A stretch of DNA of 64,000 nucleotides from an uncultured Gammaproteobacteria bacterium (GCA_963705725.1 CAVPKM010000013.1:128001-192000), one strand, 5' to 3'. Shown: positions 1 to 10,747, counted from the first letter of the stretch. Translations and numbers: made by a program. The notes: a model not told the origin generated them from the sequence alone.

Positions 1-2
1 AA

Positions 3-1091
3 ATGCAGGAAAAACCACAAAATGTAGATCAAGTTAATGCCAAAACCTGGCAAAGTATGGGTGTGGATAATCTGGTTGTCGGTTCTATCAAGCCGATGAA
101 TGGAAAATATCAAGTTAATATCCAATTGATAGATGTCTTTGCAGGAAAAAAAGGTGAGGGTTCCCGTTCTTCAACCTTACTACTTGATAAACAATTTCAA
201 GTGGCGCCATCTGGAATGCGCAGACTCGCGCATCATATCAGTGATATAATTTATGAAAAATTAACAGGTGAAAAAGGTATATTTTCTACACATATTGTTT
301 ATGTTGTTGTTGAAAAAAATAATAATATACCCATTCGCTATCGCCTCGAAGCATCAGATATTGATGGGTTTAATCCAAGAAATTTACTTGTTTCAAAAGA
401 GCCTATTATGTCGCCTGCTTGGTCTCCTGATGGAACTAAGATTGCCTACGTTTCTTTCGAAAAAGAGCGAGCGGGTATTTATGTACAAGAAATTGCAACT
501 GGGTCTCGTCGATTAGTAAGCGATTACCAAGGAATCAACGGTGCGCCGGCTTGGTCTGCAGATGGGACGCAACTTGCTTTTACGCTTTCAAAAGAAGGAA
601 CGCCGCGGATTTATACATTGAATTTAGTTTCAAATAGCTTAACTCAAAGAACAAGCGGTAATGCAATAGATACCGAGCCCAGCTGGTCTCCAGATGGCAA
701 GACAATCATCTTTACATCAAACCGAAGTGGTGGGCCACAAATTTATAAAATTGATTTATCTTCAGGTAATGTGCAACGGGTGACTTTTGAAGGCAATTAT
801 AATGCAAGCGGGATATTTTCACCGGATGGCAAGAATATTATTATGTTGCATCAAGAAAATGGGGCATACCACATTGCTACCCAAAATACTCAAACTGGAA
901 AAATTGAGATTTTGACTCAAACCGGAAGAGACCAATCACCCAGCATTGCGCCAAATGGCAGCATGGTGATTTTTGCAACAAAGGCAGGGCGAAGTCAGGT
1001 GCTCGCAATAGTATCAACGAATTCTCATGTCCAATTAAGATTGCCGGCAAGAGGAGGAGATGCTAGAGAGCCAGATTGGTCTCCATTTTAG
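3..1091 (+). CDS. tolB: Tol-Pal beta-propeller protein TolB (5' end outside the window)
   Basis: Repeated PD40 motifs ([24 protein letters not shown]), C-terminal REPDWSPF; directly upstream of pal. Confidence 0.97.
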   Translation: MQEKPQNVDQVNAKTWQSMGVDNLVVGSIKPMNGKYQVNIQLIDVFAGKKGEGSRSSTLLLDKQFQVAPSGMRRLAHHISDIIYEKLTGEKGIFSTHIVYVVVEKNNNIPIRYRLEASDIDGFNPRNLLVSKEPIMSPAWSPDGTKIAYVSFEKERAGIYVQEIATGSRRLVSDYQGINGAPAWSADGTQLAFTLSKEGTPRIYTLNLVSNSLTQRTSGNAIDTEPSWSPDGKTIIFTSNRSGGPQIYKIDLSSGNVQRVTFEGNYNASGIFSPDGKNIIMLHQENGAYHIATQNTQTGKIEILTQTGRDQSPSIAPNGSMVIFATKAGRSQVLAIVSTNSHVQLRLPARGGDAREPDWSPF

Positions 1092-1130
1092 CTTGAAACT
1101 TTAATATTAATATATAAATAAGGTGCGACA

Positions 1131-1680
1131 ATGCGTAATAAATCCTATGTAATTTTACTGCTTTCTGTTTTTTTAATATGCAAATTACAGCTTGTTCACA
1201 CAAAAATTTCCTAATCAAAATGTCGGGGTAATGGATCCCAATGGGCCATCTTCAAAATACAGTGAAAAAGAAACTTACACAGAAGGTGCTAGAGGAGAAG
1301 AAAACTATGCAGAGAGTAGTAAATGTTGTCCTGGTAGACAAGTAGCGCATGCTGAACAGCATTATTTCTTTGAATTTGATAGCTATGAAGTGAGGCAAGA
1401 TGCCTTGGATTCTGTTCAATTACAGGCGAATTATTTAATTAAGCATCCAAGAACGAAAATTCGTTTAGAAGGCAATACGGATGATCGCGGTAGTCGAGAA
1501 TATAATGTGGCATTAGGAGAAAAAAGAGCAAATGCCGTATTAGATTTATTAAAGCAATATGGCGTTTATCCTTCACAAGTAACCGTAGTCAGTTATGGTG
1601 CTGAAAAACCTGCGGCAGGAGGAGAGGATGAAAAATCTTATCAATGTAATCGACGGGTAGATCTAATTTACACTAATTAA
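1131..1680 (+). CDS. pal: Peptidoglycan-associated lipoprotein Pal; 5' part split over three frames (probable indel errors)
   Basis: OmpA-like domain (EGNTDDRGSREYNVALGEKRA, NRRV) in ORF 1192-1680; signal peptide from ATG 1131 (MRNKSYVILLLSVFL); lipobox ITAC-S in a third frame near 1184-1198. Confidence 0.9.
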
Positions 1681-1696
1681 CTTTATCTAATTCTAC

Positions 1697-1724
1697 GTCA
1701 TCCCGCGGTTGATCCGCGGGATCC
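1697..1724. repeat. GC-rich palindrome, REP/RPE-like half element or terminator
   Basis: ATCCCGCGG-TTGAT-CCGCGGGAT between pal and cpoB. Confidence 0.55.
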
Positions 1725-1769
1725 GGAGATTTTTAGAACAAATCGAACAGACATTTTCAGAGAAAATAA

Positions 1770-2645
1770 ATGAAACAAAAACATAAGTTAATATTTGTCT
1801 TATTTTTTTTAATGCTCTGTAGTGCCACGGCAGTGCAAGCAGCGCATGCTGATGTTCCTGTTGTGGATTTAAGCCATTCTTTGGAAGAAGAAGCGACTGT
1901 TAATACTGCGCTCGAGCTGGATCAGGGCAGTTCATCCTTTCCCGTTCGTAGCACAAAAAATTCCTATAATCATGAAACAATGGACCAAAAAGTTTCACGA
2001 TTAGATAAGCAAGTGACCAATCTTACTGAAATGAATTATGCGAGTAAGCTCGAAAAACTTCAGCTTCAATTACAACAATTACAAGGACAGTTAGAAGTTC
2101 AGCATCATGATTTGTCGCAGTTAAAAGAACAGATGAAAAATTTTTATCAAGATTTAGATCAGCGAGTTAATCAGGTTTCCAGTCAAGATGACAATAAAAA
2201 AGAAAAAACGTTAATTAAGGCTGAAAAGGCTAAGGAAAAAGCTGAAGAGGAAAAATTATCAGATGCACCCAAGTCAGATGAGTTACAAAAATATGAGGCC
2301 GCTTTCAATCTTTTAAATAAAAAGGAATATGATAAAGCTATTCATAATTTTCAAGCTTTTGTTAAAGCATTTCCAGATAGTACTTATACGGCGAATGCCC
2401 ATTATTGGTTAGGTGAAATTTATTATCTAAAGGGTAAATCAGAATCGGCAAGTAATGAATTTCAAATCATTGTAAATAAATACCCAGAAAATACAAAAGT
2501 TGCAGATGCCATGCTTAAAATTGGACTCATAGCAATGGATAGTGGTGACAAAAGTAAGGCAAAACAAGCTTTTACTAAAGTAAAAAAACAGTTTCCTGGC
2601 ACTACAGCGGGAAAAATCGCTTCGTTAAGACTAAAAGCAATGTAA
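1770..2645 (+). CDS. cpoB: Cell division coordinator CpoB (YbgF)
   Basis: Signal peptide, coiled coil, TPRs (ANAHYWLGE, DAMLKIG); position after pal. Confidence 0.95.
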   Translation: MKQKHKLIFVLFFLMLCSATAVQAAHADVPVVDLSHSLEEEATVNTALELDQGSSSFPVRSTKNSYNHETMDQKVSRLDKQVTNLTEMNYASKLEKLQLQLQQLQGQLEVQHHDLSQLKEQMKNFYQDLDQRVNQVSSQDDNKKEKTLIKAEKAKEKAEEEKLSDAPKSDELQKYEAAFNLLNKKEYDKAIHNFQAFVKAFPDSTYTANAHYWLGEIYYLKGKSESASNEFQIIVNKYPENTKVADAMLKIGLIAMDSGDKSKAKQAFTKVKKQFPGTTAGKIASLRLKAM

Positions 2646-2653
2646 TCAGCGAG

Positions 2654-3316
2654 ATGAAAAATTTGGGGTCTATTGCTCATGCCTTACGAATTACTGAAAT
2701 TTTTTACTCTTTACAAGGTGAGAGCCGAACAGTCGGACTGTTGACAGCGTTCATACGCTTGACGGGATGTCCACTTCGTTGTGGTTATTGTGATACTTCT
2801 TACGCATTTCAAGGAGGTCGCATAATGGCAATAGATGAAATTCTCACGGCGATTAATGAATATGAACCACGTTATATTACTGTGACAGGTGGTGAGCCTC
2901 TTGCGCAGCCCAATTGTCTCACGTTGTTGACAGTGCTTTGCAATCAAGGCTATGAAGTTTCTATCGAAACCAGCGGTGCTTTACCTATACAATCGATTGA
3001 TCAGCGCGTGGTGATAGTAATGGATATTAAAACTCCCGGTTCTCAAGAAGTAACAAAAAATAATTTTACTAACATCGACCACCTAACAAATAAAGATCAG
3101 ATTAAATTTGTAATTTGTGATGAAAAGGATTATTTGTGGGCAAGGAATATGATGACGAAATATCGATTAGCAGATCGATGTGAGATATTATTTTCGCCTT
3201 CATATCAGCAGCTAAGTAATCAAACATTAGCAGACTGGATAATTCGAGATAATCTACCTGTTCGCTTTCAAGTGCAGCTTCATAAATATATCTGGGGAGA
3301 GGTTGCAGGAAAATAA
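2654..3316 (+). CDS. queE: 7-carboxy-7-deazaguanine synthase QueE
   Basis: EIFYSLQGE, radical-SAM CxxxCxxC (GCPLRCGYCDT), QLHKYIW. Confidence 0.96.
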   Translation: MKNLGSIAHALRITEIFYSLQGESRTVGLLTAFIRLTGCPLRCGYCDTSYAFQGGRIMAIDEILTAINEYEPRYITVTGGEPLAQPNCLTLLTVLCNQGYEVSIETSGALPIQSIDQRVVIVMDIKTPGSQEVTKNNFTNIDHLTNKDQIKFVICDEKDYLWARNMMTKYRLADRCEILFSPSYQQLSNQTLADWIIRDNLPVRFQVQLHKYIWGEVAGK

Positions 3317-3351
3317 CCCTACCCTTGTAGTTCTCAGGAGGAGAAAATCTA

Positions 3352-4320
3352 ATGTATTCAACAGAAGCTTCAATTCAAACTCAATTCAAAAATCTTAAAT
3401 CCTATTTGCAATCTAGAATTCTGGGGCAGGAAATCTCGTTACCCGCTTATTAATTGCATTAATCGCTGACGGCCATTTATTAGTGGAAGGTGCGCCAGGG
3501 TTGGCAAAAACTACTGCAATTAAAGAATTAGCAGCATGTGTAGAGGGAGATTTTCATCGAATTCAATTTACTCCTGATTTATTGCCTTCAGATGTGACTG
3601 GAACTGAAATTTATCGACCGCAAGAAGGTTCTTTTCATTTCCAACATGGTCCCATTTTCCATAATTTACTTTTGGCAGATGAAATTAATCGTGCGCCAGC
3701 AAAGGTTCAATCTGCCTTGCTGGAAGCGATGGCAGAAAGACAGGTCAGTATTGGTCGAAAAACTTATTCTTTGCCCGCTTTATTTCTTGTGATGGCGACT
3801 CAAAATCCTATTGAGCAAGAAGGCACTTATCCGCTGCCAGAAGCTCAGCTAGATCGTTTTTTAATGTTTGTTAAAGTCAATTACCCTTCTGCCGATACGG
3901 AAATGAAGATACTTCAGCTAGCTCGGAATAATCTACAAAGTAAAATTCAATCGCCAAAAATTCTTTCTCAAGAAATGATTTTTCAGGCAAGAAACGAAAT
4001 TATGCAGTTACATTTTCGTCGCGCTTTAGAGGATACTTAGTACAACTTGTGATCGCAACTCGAAATCCCAAACCATATGGGGCTGATTACGTAAATGGCT
4101 AAGATTTGGTGCCAGCCCGCGCGCCACAATTTATTTAGATCGATATGCAAGAGCACATGCTTGGTTACATGAGCGAGACTATGTGTCACCTGAAGATATC
4201 CATGCGGTGGCTTATGAAGTGCTAAGACATCGCATATTGCTTACTTATGAAGCAGAAGCAGAAGAAATATCGGTAGAGCGCTTCATTACAGAATTGCTTC
4301 ATAAGATCGCGATACCCTAA
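3352..4320 (+). CDS. MoxR-family AAA+ ATPase (frameshifted near 3435 and 4020-4090)
   Basis: EGAPGLAKT, RIQFTPDLLPSD, DEINRAPAKVQSALLE, ATQNPIEQEGTYPLPEAQLDRF; C-terminal GASPRA and VLRHRI lie in another frame ending TAA 4320. Confidence 0.9.
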
Positions 4321-4329
4321 GGAAAGATA

Positions 4330-5257
4330 ATGCGAGGAGTGAAGATTACGCTAGATGATCTATTAAAGTTGAGAAATCTAGCAAATAAAAGCCATCTTAC
4401 CCAGCAAAAAAAAACTACCAATTCGCAGCAAGGAGGTCTTCAATCGCCGTTTAGAGGCAGAGGAATGGACTTCGTCGAAACACGTGTTTATCAACCGGGA
4501 GATGATATTCGTGCTATGAATTGGGCGGTGATCAGCTAGGACGGGTCAGGCACACACTAAGATCTACGAGCAAGAGAGAGATCGAGCTGTTTTCATTGTT
4601 ATTGATTTTCAACCGAGTATGTATTTTGGCACTAAAGAAATCTTTAAATCCGTTCTTGCTGCAGAAATTGCAGCGCTCCTTGCTTGGTCGGTATTAAAAA
4701 GAGGAGATAGAATCGGTGGGCTTTTGATCAAAGAAAAATCTTATTTTGTGCCTGCTTCTCGAACTATAAGTCACATAATAAAATTTTTAAAGCAGCTTGT
4801 CAGCGTGGTTAATGACAAAACCGAATCAGTGCAAAGTTATCAATCTGCTTTTTTACCTTTAAAAAAAGCGATCAAATCAGGGAGTGAGCTTTATTTTATT
4901 GGTGATTTTTATCATGATCAATCAGGGTTACAAAATGAGCTGGTGTATTTTTCACATTATCACCATGTAACAAACTTATTTGTTTATGATTTAATAGAAA
5001 AGCAACTTCCCAAAAATGGACGCTATCTTTTTAGTAAAAATTTTTCATCTACCCCCTCATTTGAAAATCAAGAATCATTATTGTTAGATACTCATCATAA
5101 AAAAATTTGTAAAACCTATAGTGAATATTTTGAACAGCGCGAGCAACAAATTAAGCATTTTAGTTTTTCTCATAAAATGCATTTTGCAAAATTTGCTACA
5201 GATGAACGGGTTGTTGATAGATTTAATTCTATCATGCCAAGACCACTTAGGAAGTAA
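4330..5257 (+). CDS. DUF58 family protein (frameshifted ~4530-4545)
   Basis: FRGRGMDFVETRVYQPGDDIRAMNW, then SMYFGT...KSVLAAEIAALLAW...GDRIG. Confidence 0.88.
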
Positions 5258-5260
5258 GCA

Positions 5261-5719
5261 GTGAACAGTAATTTATTGCAACAACTTCGCGATATTCATT
5301 ACCCTTCTCCTATATCAATTTGGCCTTTAGCGATAGGCTGGTACGTGCTCCTATTTTTTTTAATTTTTGGGGTAATTATTTTTGCATTGCAATATTTTAT
5401 GAACATAAGGAGAAGACGATTAAAAAAAATTGTATTAAAAAGGCTTTGTGAATTGCAGAGTCAGAGTAAAAGTCCGCATACCGCAAGAGAATTATCCATT
5501 CTGCTAAAAGAGCCGTGTTAATCGCCTATAAAAAGAGAAGACGTGGCAGGATTACACGGTGAAAAATGGTTGTCATTTTTAGATAAGACAGCAAAAACTC
5601 ATGAGTTTTCAAAAGGGCCTGGACGTTTATTATTGGTCTGTCCTTACCAAGAAAAGTCACTGCTGTTGCCAGATTTTCTTTTTTTATTAATTCGGCGATG
5701 GGTGAAAAAAAATCTATGA
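5261..5719 (+). CDS. DUF4381 family membrane protein (frameshift ~5505)
   Basis: LQQLRDIHYPSPISIWPLAIGW; continues in another frame as VAGLHGEKWLSFLD to TGA 5719. Confidence 0.85.
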
Positions 5720-6708
5720 TTAATTTTATTAATCCTTGGTGGTGGGGGTTGCTACCCTTGCCTTGGGTAATCAAAAAATGGTGGAGCCCTGCTGTTTCAG
5801 AGCAAAAAGGCGGGTTAAAAGTTCCATTTTTTTCGCGGCTATACCAGATTATTCCAGATAAAAAAACCCAGGCGAGTAATAGTTGGTTTTGGTGCGCATA
5901 TTTGTGTTGGACATTATTGTTAATAGCCGTATCCGGCCCTGAGTGGTTAGAGAAACCTATTTATTTAAATCGCGCCGGTAGAGATATTATGCTTGCCATT
6001 GATCTTTCTGGAAGTATGCAAATTCCTGACATGGAAATTAATCATCAAGGCGCTAATCGCTTACAAGTAGTTAAACAGGTAGCAGAACAATTTATTGCAA
6101 ATAGAAAGAGCGATAGACTAGGGTTAATTCTATTTGGATCGAAAGCTTACTTACAGACACCCCTTACCTTCGATTTATCCACCGTTAGAACCATGTTGCT
6201 TGATGCAACGGTAGGTTTAGCTGGGTCGCAAACAGCGATTGGTGATGCAATTGGAATAGCCATTAAGCATTTAAAAGATTACCCTAAAAATAAAAAGGTA
6301 CTCGTTTTATTAACCGATGGGGTCAACAATGACGGAAATGTCAGTCCTGTAGAGGCAGCGAGTATTGCAGCCAAATATGGAATAAAAATATATACCGTGG
6401 GTTTAGGTGCGAATCAAGTTGTTGTTCCAACTTTGCTAGGACCACAAATTTTAGATGCTGACTATGAGTTAGATGAAGAAACATTAAAAGAAATATCACG
6501 TTTGACACATGGCTTATATTTCCATGCCGCTAATCAACAAGAATTAAAAAAAGTATATGATCAGTTAAATCACTTAGAGCAAAGAGAAGGTGATCGTGAA
6601 GTATTTCGACCCAGAACACCACTTTATTTTTGGCCATTAGGCATCGCCTTTTTATTGATGCTAGTAGGGCTTTTTTTGCATAACCATCAGGTGCTAAGGA
6701 GAGGATAG
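5716..6708 (+). CDS. VWA-domain protein (BatA-like)
   Basis: MIDAS motif DLSGSM, QTPLTFD, TAIGDAIG, LLTDGVNN; ATG overlaps upstream stop. Confidence 0.92.
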   Translation: MINFINPWWWGLLPLPWVIKKWWSPAVSEQKGGLKVPFFSRLYQIIPDKKTQASNSWFWCAYLCWTLLLIAVSGPEWLEKPIYLNRAGRDIMLAIDLSGSMQIPDMEINHQGANRLQVVKQVAEQFIANRKSDRLGLILFGSKAYLQTPLTFDLSTVRTMLLDATVGLAGSQTAIGDAIGIAIKHLKDYPKNKKVLVLLTDGVNNDGNVSPVEAASIAAKYGIKIYTVGLGANQVVVPTLLGPQILDADYELDEETLKEISRLTHGLYFHAANQQELKKVYDQLNHLEQREGDREVFRPRTPLYFWPLGIAFLLMLVGLFLHNHQVLRRG

Positions 6709-7610
6709 TGCATTTTTTAAGGCCCTATTGGTTTTTCGCGTTATTGCCAATCTGTTTTTTTATTTGGAAAATGACTAAAGAACAAATTGTGAACAACTGG
6801 TATTCGGTTTGCGATCATCATTTGCTTCCTCATCTTCTCGAAATTCCTAAACGTCAGTTTCCTTTCCCCTTAATTTTATTTGCAATAGGCAGCATGCTGA
6901 CTGTTTTTTCCTTGGCGGGGCCGAGTTGGAAAAAAGCAACCCAGCCAATTTATCGCACTTTGACGGGAAGCATCGTTGTGCTTAATCTCACGCCATCGAT
7001 GATGGATTTGGTGGGAACAACAAAAAAAATTGATCGGGCCCATTTTAAAATGTTGGATTTATTTAGTCGTTTACGGGAAGGAATGTTAGGTCTGGTTGTT
7101 TATACTGACGAGGCACATACCATTGCTCCCTTAACCGATGACTACCATACGCTTGCCAATTTTGTTCCTTCGCTTGATCCAAGTATTATGCCAAGTGTTA
7201 ATGACAATACCGCCGTGGGCTTGCAAAGGGCAGGTAAGTTACTCAGACAAGCAGGAATTCCAAATGGAAATATTATTTTAATCACGGATAAAATTACTCA
7301 TCTCTCAACAGCAAAAAATGTGGCGAGCATGCTTTTTTCAGAGGGTTATCATTTAATTGTATTCAATATCACTGATCAGGAAAATTCCATGATGCGGGAA
7401 TTAGCATCAGCAGGAGGTGGAAAAGTGATTTCACTCACCTCAAATAATCACGATATTGATAAGATAATCGCTGATGCTCAGTCAAAAATAAATCCTTTTC
7501 AAATGAAAAAAACAAATGAAAAAGCCATGCTTTGGCAAGATAACGGACGTGAGATTCTTTTCTTGGTATTACCGATCGCCTTGCTGCTTTTTCGAAGAGG
7601 GTATTTGTGA
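6708..7610 (+). CDS. VWA-domain protein (BatB-like, degenerate MIDAS)
   Basis: MHFLRPYW start, LAGPSW, PLTDD, NLTPSM in place of DxSxS, C-terminal FRRG. Confidence 0.88.
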   Translation: MHFLRPYWFFALLPICFFIWKMTKEQIVNNWYSVCDHHLLPHLLEIPKRQFPFPLILFAIGSMLTVFSLAGPSWKKATQPIYRTLTGSIVVLNLTPSMMDLVGTTKKIDRAHFKMLDLFSRLREGMLGLVVYTDEAHTIAPLTDDYHTLANFVPSLDPSIMPSVNDNTAVGLQRAGKLLRQAGIPNGNIILITDKITHLSTAKNVASMLFSEGYHLIVFNITDQENSMMRELASAGGGKVISLTSNNHDIDKIIADAQSKINPFQMKKTNEKAMLWQDNGREILFLVLPIALLLFRRGYL

Positions 7611-8775
7611 AATTGTTGAAGCGCTTAATCATTATACTTTGCTTGTGGAGTTCGCTCGCTTATTCAATGAGCTGGAATGATTTTTGGTTGAGAAAAGATC
7701 AGCAGGGAATGCGATTGCTACAAAAAAGACAATCTAAAAAAGCTGCAGAAATTTTTCAATCCAAAGCGTGGCGTGGTGTGGCAAATTACCGATCCGGAAA
7801 TTATATTGATGCGGAAAGAGACTTCCAACAAAATCATGATAAAGAATCGAATTATAATTTGGGTAATGCGCTAGCCATGCAAGGTAAATATGAAGAAGCG
7901 ATTAAAGCTTATAGTGAAGCAATTATGAAGCAGCCTAATTTTCAAGATGCAATATACAATCGGGAAATTGTAAAAAAATTACTTGATCGCAAAAAAAACA
8001 AAAACAATAATCCTAAAGAGAATAAAGAGAATAAAGAGAATAAAGAGAATAAAGAGAATAAAGAGAATAAAGAGAATAAAGAGAATAAAGAGAATAAAAG
8101 AGAATAAAGAGAATAAAGAGAATAAAGAGAATAAAGAGAATAAAGAGAATAAAGAGAATAAAGAGAATAAAGAGAATAAAGAGAATAAAGAGAATAAAAG
8201 AGAATAAAGAGAATAAAGAGAATAAAGAGAATAAAGAGAATAAAGAGAATAAAGAGAATAAAGAGAATAAAGAGAATAAAGAGAATAAAGAGAATAAAGA
8301 GAATAAAGAGAATAAAGAGAATAAAGAGAATAAAGAGAATAAAGAGAATAAAGAGAATAAAGAGAATAAAGAGAATAAAGAGAATAAAGAGAATAAAGAG
8401 AATAAAGAGAATAAAGAGAATAAAGAGAATAAAGAGAATAAAGAGAATAAAGAGAATAAAGAGAATAAAGAGAATAAAGAGAATAAAGAGAATAAAGAGA
8501 ATAAAGAGAATAAAGAGAATAAAGAGAATAAAGAGAATAAAGAGAATAAAGAGAATAAAGAGAATAAAGAGAATAAAGAGAATAAAGAGAATAAAGAGAA
8601 TAAAGAGAATAAAGAGAATAAAGAGAATAAAGAGAATAAAGAGAAATCTAAAAACAAGCTTGATCAAGAAACAAAGCAATGGCTTCAACAGATACCTGAT
8701 GATCCTGGTGGATTATTAAGAAGAAAAATTATGAGAGACCATTTAAGACGAGCCAATGGTTTAGAGGTGGAGTGA
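7607..8775 (+). CDS. Secreted TPR protein (BatC-like) with a poly-(KEN) linker; two +1 insertions break the frame as assembled
   Basis: Signal peptide, TPR (YNLGNALAMQGKYEEAIKAY); family C-terminal motif QWLQQIPDDPGGLLRRK after the repeat, in frame once the extra A's near 8096-8099 and 8196-8199 are removed. Confidence 0.85.
8015..8643 (+). repeat. 9-bp tandem repeat (AAAGAGAAT), ~69 copies plus a partial unit
   Basis: Directly visible; perfect except for two units with one extra A. Confidence 0.98.
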
Positions 8776-10481
8776 TAGTGTTTGTTCGATCAGGATTATT
8801 ATTATTTATTTTAGTTTCTTCTTCAGCGCTATCAAGTTTGCATATGGAGATAGACCGAAGCAACCTTGCAAGCGATGAAACACTAACTTTAATCTTGTCA
8901 AGTGATGATCATCTGACAATCAATCCCGATTTAACACCACTAAAAAAAGATTTTGTTATTACTGGAACGGTCCAAAATTCACAGTTTAATATCATCAATG
9001 GTGCCACAAAGATGTTAACACAGTGGCAGATTACTTTATTGCCAAAACATACCGGTGAAATTCCCATCCCATCAATCTCTGTGGGTAGGGACAGAACCCC
9101 AATGCAATTAATCCATGTTGTGCCCATTAAAAAAAGCACATCATTACCGGGAGAAAATGGCAATATTATTTTTATGGAGGCAGCGGTTATACCAAAGGAA
9201 GCATTTATTCAAGAGCAATTTGTTTACACAATAAAGCTTTATTTTAATCAATCCATAGAAAATCCTTATCTTTCACCTCCTGATTTGGCTAATGCAAAGA
9301 TTAATCAAAATGGTCAAGATATTATTTATTCAAAAATTAAAAATGGTAGATATTATCGGGTTTTAGAAAGATCATATTTGATTACGCCAACCAAGACTGG
9401 GAATTTTGAAATTATTTCTCCTGTTTTTAAAGGTTATCTCAATACTGCTGCCGGAATAGATTTATATGGTTTTTCAAATTCAGTATTAAAGCCTGTTGAA
9501 ATCCAGGGAAAATCGTTAGTTGTTCACGTTAAACCGAAACCCGCTGGCTTTACTGGTCAATGGTTTCCGGCAAAAAAAGTTACCGTAAGTGAAACTTGGG
9601 AAACTTCTGCACTAAGAGAAGGTGAACCTATCACGAGAAATATCATTGTCATGGCAGAAGGCGCGACTGGTGACCAAATTCCTGAACTTGTGATTGATCC
9701 CTCGCCAAATATTAATTTTTATCCTGAAAAACCTGTTCGTGAAACTAAGGCAAATGACCAGAAAGAGATGGGTAAGCTCACTCAAAAAATTGTTTATATC
9801 CCGACTCAATCAGGTCGATTACGTTTGTCAGGAATTAAGGTTCATTGGTGGAATACGTCATCAAAAAAAGAACAGATTGCGGCAGTTCCATCTAAAACAA
9901 TTTTTATACAGTCAGGATTGCTTAATCAAAATTCAAGCGATAACCAGGTGCAAAAATTAGCTAGTCCCACTCCCTCGCAAGTCAAAAAATATAATTTAAC
10001 AAGCGTAAAAAACCATGGCCCCTTAGCACAGTATTTTTGGCCAGTTATTGCAATGATTTTATTATTAATCTGGTTAGTAACAATTGGTTTGTGGCGTCGT
10101 CAACTGAAGTGTAAAGTCAACAATCCTCCTCTTGAAAAACAAAGGAACATTTTAAAAAAATTGGAACAAGCTTGCCTTGATAACGACCCAAGATCTGCAA
10201 AACGATTATTTTTAATCTGGGGAAAATTTTTTTGGCCGGATGCTGAAATTCACTCACTGATAGATATTTTTCAGCATATGAAAAATAATGCATGCGCTGA
10301 ATTCGAAGCAGAAATTATGCAATTAGAGGCGATTTTTTATAGAAAAAATAAATTTCCTTGGAATGGGGCGGCATTTTGGACAGCATTTAATCAATACCTA
10401 TCCCTACTAAACAATCGAAAAACAGAAGCAAAGGAAGAGGCATTGCCTTCCCTTTATGGCGAATCATGTGAAAACTCCTAA
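8772..10481 (+). CDS. BatD-family protein
   Basis: Signal peptide, beta-rich repeats, EPITRNI, one late TM segment, LPSLY ending; last gene of the Bat-type operon. Confidence 0.85.
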   Translation: MIVFVRSGLLLFILVSSSALSSLHMEIDRSNLASDETLTLILSSDDHLTINPDLTPLKKDFVITGTVQNSQFNIINGATKMLTQWQITLLPKHTGEIPIPSISVGRDRTPMQLIHVVPIKKSTSLPGENGNIIFMEAAVIPKEAFIQEQFVYTIKLYFNQSIENPYLSPPDLANAKINQNGQDIIYSKIKNGRYYRVLERSYLITPTKTGNFEIISPVFKGYLNTAAGIDLYGFSNSVLKPVEIQGKSLVVHVKPKPAGFTGQWFPAKKVTVSETWETSALREGEPITRNIIVMAEGATGDQIPELVIDPSPNINFYPEKPVRETKANDQKEMGKLTQKIVYIPTQSGRLRLSGIKVHWWNTSSKKEQIAAVPSKTIFIQSGLLNQNSSDNQVQKLASPTPSQVKKYNLTSVKNHGPLAQYFWPVIAMILLLIWLVTIGLWRRQLKCKVNNPPLEKQRNILKKLEQACLDNDPRSAKRLFLIWGKFFWPDAEIHSLIDIFQHMKNNACAEFEAEIMQLEAIFYRKNKFPWNGAAFWTAFNQYLSLLNNRKTEAKEEALPSLYGESCENS

Positions 10482-10489
10482 ATTGGGGC

Positions 10490-10517
10490 TTGTTATTTTT
10501 CTATAAATGGGTATTAT
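10490..10517 (+). promoter_or_regulatory. Candidate sigma70 promoter of tRNA-Lys
   Basis: TTGTTA-16 nt-TATTAT ending 17 nt before the tRNA. Confidence 0.4.
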
Positions 10518-10534
10518 TTTTCTTTTGTCATATT

Positions 10535-10610
10535 GGGCCGTTAGCTCAGTTGGTAGAGCAGCGGACTTTTAATCCGTTGGTCCCGCGTTCGAGTCGCGGA
10601 CGGCCCACCA
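10535..10610 (+). tRNA. tRNA-Lys(UUU)
   Basis: 76-nt cloverleaf GGGCCGT...ACGGCCC-A-CCA; anticodon arm GCGGA-CT-TTT-AA-TCCGT; T-loop GTTCGAGTC. Confidence 0.97.
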
Positions 10611-10747
10611 ATTTTTAAGAAAATAAGTAACTGCTCACGGGGTAAGAGCCTGTTCAACGCACGGATATGGACGTTTTCTTGCTGGGTCGAGTAGTGACGA
10701 AAATAAGAAAGCAAGCTTGCTGGGCATGAGACATATACCATTCATGA

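Noticed and set aside
7942-8688. Minus-strand poly-ILF/SLF ORFs and the plus-strand poly-KRI ORF
   Set aside because: They are stop-free shadow frames of the 9-bp repeat; family motifs flank only the KEN frame
10535-10610. tRNA-Lys as the attachment site of the downstream island
   Set aside because: No duplicated tRNA 3' end was found; the island boundary repeat lies ~700 nt further on
10541-10741. 66-aa minus-strand ORF, and other short ORFs antisense to or nested in core genes
   Set aside because: This one is antisense to the tRNA; the others overlap well-supported genes and show no motifs
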